Notes under the pieces: model-generated | Seen by the model: only the letters and a program-made list of their open reading frames with translations | Told to the model about the DNA's origin: nothing | Database searches by the model: none | Position numbers and translations under genes: made by a program | NCBI GenBank assembly: GCA_038861395.1 | Contig: JAWCDE010000002.1 | Span: 34,437-98,436, forward strand | Length of the DNA: 64,000 nucleotides | Source of the DNA: Thermoproteota archaeon | GTDB lineage: Archaea > Thermoproteota > EX4484-205 > JAAOZP01 | Direction of reading: 5' to 3' | Part shown: piece by piece, positions 18,932-26,065 of the stretch | How positions within the stretch are numbered: position 1 is the first letter of the stretch | Layout of the letters: each line of letters starts with the position of its first letter

Positions 18932-19705
18932 TTAAATGGCCTGTTCTTGTGCAAACTCTTCACCAGTTCCAAGGATTCTAGTGATCTGTGAATACACTTC
19001 TACGAAACCTTCCATCGTTACTGCTGAGACAGGTATCGGCTTGTTCAAGCTGCTCAAAATGGGAAGTGTTTTCGAAAGCTCCTGTCCTAGTTTCAGCTTC
19101 TCGCTCCTGTAAGATTTGCTAATAGCTTCGTATAGCGTTAGCGGATTAGAGTACCATTCGCTAATTCTCTTAACCAGGCGAGGCTCTGCAATGTCCACTT
19201 TGTTGATCACGTTTAGCTGAGGGATAGCGAGCGAGGCGTAGACAGATATGCTTAAGTATAATGAAGCTAGAAAGCTGAGTGGCTCAAGCATGATCGCATA
19301 GTCGAAGAGGTATATTACCATCCTGGGACCTTCTAAAAAGTGTTCTGAGAAGACTCTTCCAACGGGTCTGAAGGCGAACAATTCTATCTGTCCTGGAGTA
19401 TCCACGATAGCAATCTCATAGCCCATTGTTTCAATCTCCTCGCTAATCTCGTGCACTTTCACTGCTATCAGGTCTGAAGCAACCGTGAGTGCACTATTAG
19501 GTCCTAGCCCAAGGTCTCTCATAAGCTTCTCAGTACTAACGTAAGTTCTAACGTCGAAGTCAGCAGTATAAGGTAGGTTTACGACACCAGGGTCTAGGTT
19601 AATTCTTGCAACGTCAACGCCCTTACTTTCAATCCATTCGGAAAAGTTTTTTACGAAGGTCGTTTTACCACTTCCTGCAGTACCTATTAAGAAGATGGCT
19701 TTCAT
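18932..19705 (-). CDS. GPN-loop GTPase
   Basis: P-loop GTAGSGKTT and the diagnostic GLGPNSAL (GPN) motif. 257 aa. Confidence 0.85.
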   Translation of the reverse strand: MKAIFLIGTAGSGKTTFVKNFSEWIESKGVDVARINLDPGVVNLPYTADFDVRTYVSTEKLMRDLGLGPNSALTVASDLIAVKVHEISEEIETMGYEIAIVDTPGQIELFAFRPVGRVFSEHFLEGPRMVIYLFDYAIMLEPLSFLASLYLSISVYASLAIPQLNVINKVDIAEPRLVKRISEWYSNPLTLYEAISKSYRSEKLKLGQELSKTLPILSSLNKPIPVSAVTMEGFVEVYSQITRILGTGEEFAQEQAI

Positions 19706-21015
19706 AGAATTATCTTCTCCTTAATCCTAGATTCAACGCTTATTCCGTGCAGGGGAAGACCCTCTGCTCTACTCAACGTTTCGAGATATCTAGCAGTCTT
19801 CATCAAGTATTTTAGAGAAAAATGCTGGTATGAAACTATTCTGAGATAATCCAGTATTGTTACACCGCCTCTGACTCTTGCATACCCGCCTGTTGGAAGA
19901 ATGTGATTGCTCCCGGAAACGTAGTCTCCAACCGCTGGCGGCGACGATCCTCCGAGGAAAACGGTGCCGGCCGTCGTGATCCTATTGAACAACTTAGTTG
20001 GATTTTTAACCTGCAGAGAAATATGCTCAGGAGCTAGAAGGTTGCATTTCTCCAAGCCTTCTTCAATAGATTTGACTAAGTATATGTTTATCCTAGTTTT
20101 CAAGCTGTATTTCTTCGAAATCTCCCCGAATATTTTCTCAACGAGCTCAGCTAGGTCTTTTGAATCGGTTATTAAGGCTATGAAGGAGTCGGGGGAGTGC
20201 TCAGCCTGAGCAGCTAGATCCAGAGCCACGGATTTTGGGTCTGCACTAGAATCCGCTAGGACAACGAGTTCAGACGGCCCTGCTGGAACATCTATCGAAA
20301 CACCATAGCTGTTTGCAATCATCTTCGCTAAGGTAACGAACTTATTTCCTGGGCCAATTATTTTCTCAACCCTCGGAATAGTTTCAGTACCAAAGGTTAA
20401 GGCACCGACGCCAGCAACCATGTTACACCGGTAAACTCTTCTTAAGCCCATTAGCTTAGCAGCATATAGAATCGCCGGGTTCACAGAACCATCCTCTCGG
20501 GGAGGAGTTAAAACATGGATTTCCTTAACGCCAACCAAGACAGCCGGATAAGCAGCCATAACTATAGTTGAAACATACATAGCCCTTCCTCCGGGGACGA
20601 GTATTCCGATTTTTTCAAGCGGATAGAAACGCATAAAGTATTTTAAACCTCCTTCACTAAGCATTTTTGTAGAGAGCATTCCCATCTGTAAGCCAACCAC
20701 CTTCCTAATTCTACTCATCATGAATAACACTGCTTTTTTAACATCATTCGACAAATACTTTTCAGACTCTTCTAACTCGTCTTGTCTAACCATAAGCCTG
20801 TCTTTTGAAAGCTTAACGTTATCGAAAGGCTTGGGGCGAGAAGTATAGTCTAAGAGCGCTTCGTCTCCCCTCTTTTTAACATCAAGCATTATCTGCTCTA
20901 CGTAACGCCTCTCATCATCACTTATATTGAAGGGGCTAAAACGGCTAGTCGAATTACTCATTTGACAATAGGCTTTTAAAAGTGCTTGTCTTTTAAAAGT
21001 TACTAATGATATCAT
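19702..21015 (-). CDS. hisD: histidinol dehydrogenase
   Basis: PAGPSELVVLAD, AQAEHSPDS and GDYVSGSNHILPTGG. The start may be an internal Met (MSNSTSRF). Confidence 0.85.
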   Translation of the reverse strand: MISLVTFKRQALLKAYCQMSNSTSRFSPFNISDDERRYVEQIMLDVKKRGDEALLDYTSRPKPFDNVKLSKDRLMVRQDELEESEKYLSNDVKKAVLFMMSRIRKVVGLQMGMLSTKMLSEGGLKYFMRFYPLEKIGILVPGGRAMYVSTIVMAAYPAVLVGVKEIHVLTPPREDGSVNPAILYAAKLMGLRRVYRCNMVAGVGALTFGTETIPRVEKIIGPGNKFVTLAKMIANSYGVSIDVPAGPSELVVLADSSADPKSVALDLAAQAEHSPDSFIALITDSKDLAELVEKIFGEISKKYSLKTRINIYLVKSIEEGLEKCNLLAPEHISLQVKNPTKLFNRITTAGTVFLGGSSPPAVGDYVSGSNHILPTGGYARVRGGVTILDYLRIVSYQHFSLKYLMKTARYLETLSRAEGLPLHGISVESRIKEKIIL

Positions 21016-21068
21016 TACGGTAAATAAACTATTAACGCGATAGGGAATGAGCAGCTATTTAATGTGGA

Positions 21069-21317
21069 TTACTCTCCTTCAGACTTCTTGCCAAGCCACC
21101 ATTTTACGACTTCCCTTCTCTGTCTTTTCTTCTTCTCTTCATCGCTTTCCATTACCGATTTAAGAAATCTTTCCCTAGTAGTCTTAAGTTCTTCAAACTC
21201 GTAGACTCTTCCACAAGCTTTACAGACGTAAAGCTTGGTGTTTAGTTCATACCTAAGTTCCCCACCGCAATCCGGACAGTAGTAGACGGGCAATCTGTTA
21301 TTGTTGAGCAATATCAT
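21069..21317 (-). CDS. small zinc-ribbon protein
   Basis: CPDCGG...CKACG ribbon plus a basic/acidic tail. 82 aa. Confidence 0.5.
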   Translation of the reverse strand: MILLNNNRLPVYYCPDCGGELRYELNTKLYVCKACGRVYEFEELKTTRERFLKSVMESDEEKKKRQRREVVKWWLGKKSEGE

Positions 21318-21388
21318 GTTTAAACTTTTCGTACAAACTTACGGATTGGAAAAACACACTAAATACCCGTTTAACGGTGAAAAACGTA

Positions 21389-21496
21389 TGGGGTCGCCGG
21401 GATTTGAACCCAGGTCGCCAGCGCCCCTAGCCAGCTACTGCTTCAGGCTGGTATCCTAGACCAAGATGCCCGGTTCAACCCCTAGACGACGACCCC
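21389..21496 (-). tRNA. tRNA-Phe (anticodon GAA) with two intron-like inserts (D-loop and 37/38)
   Basis: Minus strand: acceptor GGGGTCG/CGACCCC with discriminator A. T-arm CTGGG-TTCAAAT-CCCGG. Anticodon arm CCAGC-CTGAAG[17 nt]C-GCTGG. D-arm GTCT-AG[17 nt]TTGGTCTA-GGAT. Removing about 21465..21481 and about 21424..21440 gives a 74-nt cloverleaf with A14, G18G19, A21, U33 and G37. No CCA is encoded. Intron borders are approximate. Confidence 0.75.
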
Positions 21497-21521
21497 TTGT
21501 TTTTCCTGACTGCTCAAGCTG

Positions 21522-21529
21522 TTTAAAAA
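21522..21529 (-). promoter_or_regulatory. TATA box for the tRNA gene
   Basis: Minus strand AAAGTTTTTAAAC. The TATA element lies about 26-30 nt upstream of tRNA position 1 (21496). Confidence 0.5.
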
Positions 21530-21639
21530 CTTTGTTCCAATGCCGATCATCCACTGACTGTTGCTCAAGATTAACAGATGCCTGAACTCGTCAATTTCGA
21601 CACTAATTGATTGCACTTCAAGCGCCAGCACATTAAGAT

Positions 21640-21714
21640 GGAAACGGTGAGGGTGGGGGGAATGCCCTCAGAGATTAGAATCAAACCATACAGAGGGCGT
21701 CCCTCACCGTTTCC
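21640..21714 (-). ncRNA. long perfect hairpin, candidate small structured RNA (function unknown)
   Basis: The 14-bp perfect inverted repeat GGAAACGGTGAGGG (21640..21653) / CCCTCACCGTTTCC (21701..21714) encloses a second 6-bp stem GCCCTC (21664..21669) / GAGGGC (21693..21698). A strong TATA-like element sits about 22-25 nt upstream on the minus strand. Strand and extent are uncertain. Confidence 0.3.
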
Positions 21715-21732
21715 CCCAGGTCAGACGTAGGC

Positions 21733-21745
21733 TATTTATATAAAT
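21733..21745 (-). promoter_or_regulatory. TATA-like element upstream of the hairpin
   Basis: ATTTATATAAATA lies immediately after the rpoP stop codon. It is at promoter distance from the GGGGGAAACGG hairpin 5' end on the minus strand. Confidence 0.35.
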
Positions 21746-21746
21746 C

Positions 21747-21899
21747 TTACTCTGCAACGATTTGTTTAACTACATTTTTCGAACGAGACTTTTTCAATAT
21801 TCTGAAACCGCAATAGGGACATCTAACGCCCCCTCTAAACTCTAACAAATCCTTCTCGTTAAGAACTCTGTTGCAAGATAAGCATTGAAACTCCGGCAT
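21747..21899 (-). CDS. rpoP: DNA-directed RNA polymerase subunit P (Rpo12/RpoP)
   Basis: Absent from the ORF track (50 aa). My translation is MPEFQCLSCNRVLNEKDLLEFRGGVRCPYCGFRILKKSRSKNVVKQIVAE. The CxxC...GVRCPYCGxRIL zinc ribbon is diagnostic of RpoP/Rpb12. Confidence 0.85.
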   Translation of the reverse strand: MPEFQCLSCNRVLNEKDLLEFRGGVRCPYCGFRILKKSRSKNVVKQIVAE

Positions 21900-22009
21900 C
21901 ACTCTTTTACCTTTAAGCAGGGTTTAAAAACATTACTCATTCACTCAACTCTCCCCCTTACATTTTTACAACCGGAATTTAAAATAAGCATTAACCCTTC
22001 TTCAGAGAC

Positions 22010-23023
22010 ATGCTGGAAAACACTTTATACCCAGAAAAGCTGTGGTTAAGAAAGGAGGAGTATAACAGAATATGGATACTCTTGGAAATGTTCATGGAAA
22101 GCATTACCCCTCTATCCATGTTAGTAATAGTATCTGGCGAGACGGGTAGCGGTAAGACAACGCTTGTTAAAAAGATTATGCTAGATGCAACATCTACGTG
22201 GAGAAATCTTAGAGCAATTTATTTAGATGCTGAGTCTGGTGATCGCCACGGCCTTTTTGCATTATTACAAAAAGCGCGGAATCTAAACGGATATTCGGCT
22301 GTAGAGATTCTACGTATCTTAGAGAATAGTGAAAACAACAAGTTTTTAATAGTAATAGATAATGCTGAAAGCATTGTAGATAAGAGGTTTGTCCAAGATC
22401 TTTCAAAGATTGGCGAGGGGTTTCCCAAAGGAGGTTTCTTCCTATTAGTTATCTTCGGTTCGAAAACTATTCCATTTAGTGTTTTAAATATGTCTCCACC
22501 TTCATACCCCATTTATTTCAGCTCTTATGATCCTAGTGAAATTCGGATGATACTAAATAGTTTTCTTAGTAAGATCGAAAACAGCTCTATGAATGATGAA
22601 GCTTTAGATATGATAGGTACGGCATCCGGAGGCGATGCGAGTCTCGCATTATCAATTCTTAAACTGGCTTTAAGCATCTCCGGTGGCAAACCCATTTGCA
22701 AAAAACAAGTCTTAGAAGCCTTAAGAAAAATATCTGAAAACCCTTTCATTCGCAATATTGACAGGGTTAATGATCCCCATGCTAAAGTTATTCTTAAAGT
22801 GCTTTCACAATATCCCCAAGGTGTATGTTTAAGGAGGCTTTTCGAGGAATACAGTAGAACCTGCACAGATAATAGAGTAAAACCACTTAAGTATACACAG
22901 TTATGGAAGAAGATCAGAATTTTAGAAAGGAAGATGCTTCTAGACTTCCAAGTAGTTAATCTTAAAAGGGGAAGGACAAGTATAGTGAGGGCAAGTTGTC
23001 TGAATGGAGAGACAGCCTTATAA
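22010..23023 (+). CDS. Orc1/Cdc6-like AAA+ protein with degenerate catalytic motifs
   Basis: Walker A SGETGSGKTT. The Walker B position reads FLIVIDNAE (Asn where the catalytic Glu is expected). IYFSSYDPSEIRMILNSFL matches the Orc1 box F.pY...el..IL. The sensor-2 position reads GGDASLALSILKLA (canonical GDAR). A C-terminal winged-helix-like region is present. 337 aa, shorter than typical Orc1/Cdc6. Confidence 0.65.
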   Translation: MLENTLYPEKLWLRKEEYNRIWILLEMFMESITPLSMLVIVSGETGSGKTTLVKKIMLDATSTWRNLRAIYLDAESGDRHGLFALLQKARNLNGYSAVEILRILENSENNKFLIVIDNAESIVDKRFVQDLSKIGEGFPKGGFFLLVIFGSKTIPFSVLNMSPPSYPIYFSSYDPSEIRMILNSFLSKIENSSMNDEALDMIGTASGGDASLALSILKLALSISGGKPICKKQVLEALRKISENPFIRNIDRVNDPHAKVILKVLSQYPQGVCLRRLFEEYSRTCTDNRVKPLKYTQLWKKIRILERKMLLDFQVVNLKRGRTSIVRASCLNGETAL

Positions 23024-23388
23024 AACTGTTTGAAGAGCTATCAAATTCCGTAAGCACTTCCAGAATATTTTGGAAACTGCTTAAGAATGGGGAGATGAGT
23101 ATTTCTCAGATAATAAGGCAAACTGGTTTAAACCATAAGATAGTGAGAAAAAGCTTAGAAGAAATGATCGCTAAAGGATTTGTAAGAGGGAAATCCTTTG
23201 GAAGAATGAAGATCTATTTTTTGAACAGAGATAATTGTAGTATCAGAGTATTGCTCAGTCTTTTAAGTACGCCTCCTCCGGACTTCTCCTCTAAGGATAA
23301 TCGAGTTGTAGAGTTCTCTCAAACGGGCATCGCTCAGTCTGTTGAGGACCCTGGCTCTGAAGTTATCGTCTTCCGAAAGGAATCTTAG
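22996..23388 (+). CDS. small winged-helix (ArsR/TrmB-like) DNA-binding protein
   Basis: wHTH MSISQIIRQTGLNHKIVRKSLEEMIAKGFVRGK. Its start overlaps the orc1-like stop. The last 126 nt overlap the convergent rfcL 3' end. Confidence 0.5.
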   Translation: MSEWRDSLIKLFEELSNSVSTSRIFWKLLKNGEMSISQIIRQTGLNHKIVRKSLEEMIAKGFVRGKSFGRMKIYFLNRDNCSIRVLLSLLSTPPPDFSSKDNRVVEFSQTGIAQSVEDPGSEVIVFRKES

Positions 23389-24498
23389 GAGGGGGACGAT
23401 TTCCCTCCTGAAAACAGATCTACCTACATGCAACTCTTTTAAGAAGAAAGATTCTAGCTCCCTGATGCTTTTCAAATGTTGAATCCTCTTAAACCTCTCC
23501 TTAATTCTACTCGGAAAGGCAAAGTTGACCTTGTTCTTCTGGGGTATCGTGAGGAAAGCATTGGACAATTTGTGATAGAAAATCGGCAGAAGTCTCCAGG
23601 CGGAGTTTTTAGATATTTGTTTGAGAAGCATGTCTGCCTCAGCCACGTATCTTAATGCTGGGAAGAGCCATTGTTTCGGTGAAAGATGAAGAATGTTTTC
23701 GAAAACCCATTCAAGCAGGTCCTCAGGTTTTTCCTCTGAAGAGGATAATGATAAGGAGGCCCTTTCCAAGGTTGATGCATAAGTTGCTTCTCTCAATATT
23801 TCGAATACGTTTTTCTCAACATTCCTGTAGGACAGTATTTTCTCCGCATCCTCGATGCTAACATCCTCTTGCGCAGAGTATAGAAGCTCCAAATCCTCTA
23901 TAGCGGCTCTCATATCTCCTTCCGAATGCTCTGCAATTATCAATAGCACTTCCTGCCTGCATTTAACGCCCTCTGCCTTACAGATGTCTCTGAGCCTCTT
24001 AACTATGCTCTGGGATCTTATTCGATGTAAAGGAATCATGTAAGCCTTATCCCTTATCTTATAGAGGTGGGGCGCCCACGGGTCATTAGCAGCCATCACA
24101 ATAGGCACTCTGGAGGATTCTATCAGCTCCAGTAGAAAGTTAATTGCATTGGATTCCTCGGCTGAGAGGCCGTCGATCTCATCGAAGAATATTAATACTT
24201 TACTGCTGAAAAGGCTTCTGTTGAAAGCTGCTGGTTTAATAACGTTCTCTAGAAAATCCACCCTTCTCGTCTCGCTCGCATTAGTCTCTATAAGCCTGTA
24301 GTTAAACTTTGAAGCGACTACTTCAACAAGAACGGTCTTCCCCACGCCTGGTGGACCGTGGAGTAATGCTGCTTTTCCACGCTCATCCCATTTTTCAAGC
24401 CAATCGATAAAGTCTTTCTTAGCAGCATCGTTTCCAACTACTTCCTCCAGCGTCTTAGGCCTATACTTCTCAACCCAACTGAGTCGGGGCATGCTCAT
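23263..24498 (-). CDS. rfcL: replication factor C large subunit
   Basis: WVEKYRPKTLEEVVGN, HGPPGVGKT and IFFDEIDGL. 411 aa. It overlaps the rfcS stop. Confidence 0.9.
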   Translation of the reverse strand: MSMPRLSWVEKYRPKTLEEVVGNDAAKKDFIDWLEKWDERGKAALLHGPPGVGKTVLVEVVASKFNYRLIETNASETRRVDFLENVIKPAAFNRSLFSSKVLIFFDEIDGLSAEESNAINFLLELIESSRVPIVMAANDPWAPHLYKIRDKAYMIPLHRIRSQSIVKRLRDICKAEGVKCRQEVLLIIAEHSEGDMRAAIEDLELLYSAQEDVSIEDAEKILSYRNVEKNVFEILREATYASTLERASLSLSSSEEKPEDLLEWVFENILHLSPKQWLFPALRYVAEADMLLKQISKNSAWRLLPIFYHKLSNAFLTIPQKNKVNFAFPSRIKERFKRIQHLKSIRELESFFLKELHVGRSVFRREIVPLLRFLSEDDNFRARVLNRLSDARLRELYNSIILRGEVRRRRT

Positions 24499-25457
24499 TT
24501 CTGAACATCCGTGGCTAAAGCAGCTAATACAGTACTTATCTGGATCTCGGCATCGGCACCCATTGCTACTCGAAAGTTAGCCTCTCCAAGAGCATTAACA
24601 ACCTGGAGCCTCTTTCTCTCATCAATCTCGATAGACATGAGTTCAGAATTCATCTCCCTCAGTATGTCGTTTGCTGACAAGCCGTCGTCGTACAAGAGTT
24701 TTGCAAGCCTCTTTCTCGCCGAGGTAAAATCGCCCTTCAACGCTTCGCTTATCATCTCCCCGACCTCTCTAGGATGGAGAACACCCACTACCTGTTTTAC
24801 ACTCTCCCCAGTGATTTTCTTCAACCCTCCGGCGGCGGACTGCGCTATGTTTATCGCCTTCCTCATATCACCCCTAGCGGCCTTAACTATCTCGTCTACA
24901 GCCTCCTCAGTCCAAGATACGCCCTCCTTCTCTAATACTCTTATAACACCCTCCCTTACGTGTGTTGGACTAAGAGGAGGGAACCTGAATACCGCGCATC
25001 TTGATTGGATGGGCTCAATTATCCCCCATTGATAATTTGCAAGAAGTATGAATCTAGTGACTGAAGCATACCTCTCCATTATTCTCCTTAGGGCCTGTTG
25101 AGCATCCTGCGTCATGTTATCACTCTCGTCTAATATGAGTATCTTGAAGGGGATTTCCGTAGAGGGCCTGCTCCTAGCGAAGTCCTTCACCACCTCCCTT
25201 ATGGTATTTATACCCCTCTCGTCTGAAGCATTGAGCTCCATGAACCTGCCTGCAGTAGAGCCTTGGTAAAGGTCGTTTACAAGAGCTAAAGCAGCAGTAG
25301 TCTTACCAGTACCTGGGGGGCCGACGAAAAGCATGTTTGGAACATTTCCAGACTTTACAAATGCCTTAAGCCTGGTTACAATCTCCTCTCGGTCTATTAT
25401 CTCGTCAAGTGTTTTCGGCCTATACTTCTCGACCCATAGAAGGTCTGATATGCTCAT
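24495..25457 (-). CDS. rfcS: replication factor C small subunit
   Basis: LWVEKYRPKTLDEI, VGPPGTGKTT, ILDESDNMT and the SRC motif QSRCAVFRF. Confidence 0.92.
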   Translation of the reverse strand: MSISDLLWVEKYRPKTLDEIIDREEIVTRLKAFVKSGNVPNMLFVGPPGTGKTTAALALVNDLYQGSTAGRFMELNASDERGINTIREVVKDFARSRPSTEIPFKILILDESDNMTQDAQQALRRIMERYASVTRFILLANYQWGIIEPIQSRCAVFRFPPLSPTHVREGVIRVLEKEGVSWTEEAVDEIVKAARGDMRKAINIAQSAAGGLKKITGESVKQVVGVLHPREVGEMISEALKGDFTSARKRLAKLLYDDGLSANDILREMNSELMSIEIDERKRLQVVNALGEANFRVAMGADAEIQISTVLAALATDVQK

Positions 25458-25516
25458 CGCTACGGAAATGGTGGTTGTTTAAAGTTAAATGTTTCGCTTA
25501 ACAGGCTAATTAAGAG

Positions 25517-26065
25517 TTGGATAGTATAACTAAAGAGCTGCTCAACTGGATTGTTAGGAGAGAGTTGAAAAGAATAAGGTTGAGATATGAGCTTGAAGAA
25601 ACCGTAGTAATCCCCCAGGTTGATTCGAAAAGCATCCGGCTACCCGGGCTGGGCGAGGTAGTTATGGAGAAGGGGAAGGCGATAAGGGTTTACAGGGGGG
25701 TGGCGAACCAGCTGGCGAATTCTGGCTGGGCTAAAATGAGCGAGGAGCATTTAACCGTGAAAGATGTCGCTTCCATGAGGTGGCTTGAATCTTCTGAAGA
25801 AGGACTCATTAAGCTTCCGGATTTCTTTTACCTTAAGGCTGTAAAGATGACTGGGAATAAGGGTGCGAAGAACATTGAGATCCAGAACGATCTGCAGGAA
25901 ATAATAGACATAAGGCTTAGAAAACTGGTTAAACTAGTGTTTTTAAAGGAGGTTCCCGCGAGTTTTCTGGAGAGGCTTCAGCCGGAGGAGTTGCTTCTGT
26001 ACAACCTTCTTAAGGAAACTTTAAACATTTGGCAGAGGGAGTTGATGTATTCGGATGGAGGATAG
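25517..26065 (+). CDS. GINS subunit (Gins23-like)
   Basis: 182 aa immediately upstream of and overlapping mcm, as in crenarchaeal gins23-mcm operons. The C-terminal helical domain carries LQPEELLLYNLLKETLNIW (GINS A-domain-like L.peE..l). The call rests on context plus a weak motif. Confidence 0.55.
   Translation: MDSITKELLNWIVRRELKRIRLRYELEETVVIPQVDSKSIRLPGLGEVVMEKGKAIRVYRGVANQLANSGWAKMSEEHLTVKDVASMRWLESSEEGLIKLPDFFYLKAVKMTGNKGAKNIEIQNDLQEIIDIRLRKLVKLVFLKEVPASFLERLQPEELLLYNLLKETLNIWQRELMYSDGG

Noticed and set aside
21640-21714. Reading the inverted GGAAACGGTGAGGG arms as a pair of origin recognition boxes (oriC).
   Set aside because: The TCCA..TGGAAA dyad half of canonical ORBs is missing. 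The 47-bp spacer is not AT-rich, only two copies are seen, and no extended DUE is adjacent. It is kept only as a minor alternative in the hairpin finding.
21389-23388. Integrated genetic element at the tRNA (tRNA followed by the orc1-like and wHTH genes).
   Set aside because: No integrase gene or fragment is present. I could not find a duplicated tRNA 3'-half (att) elsewhere in the window. The intervening rpoP and the flanking replication genes are core genes.
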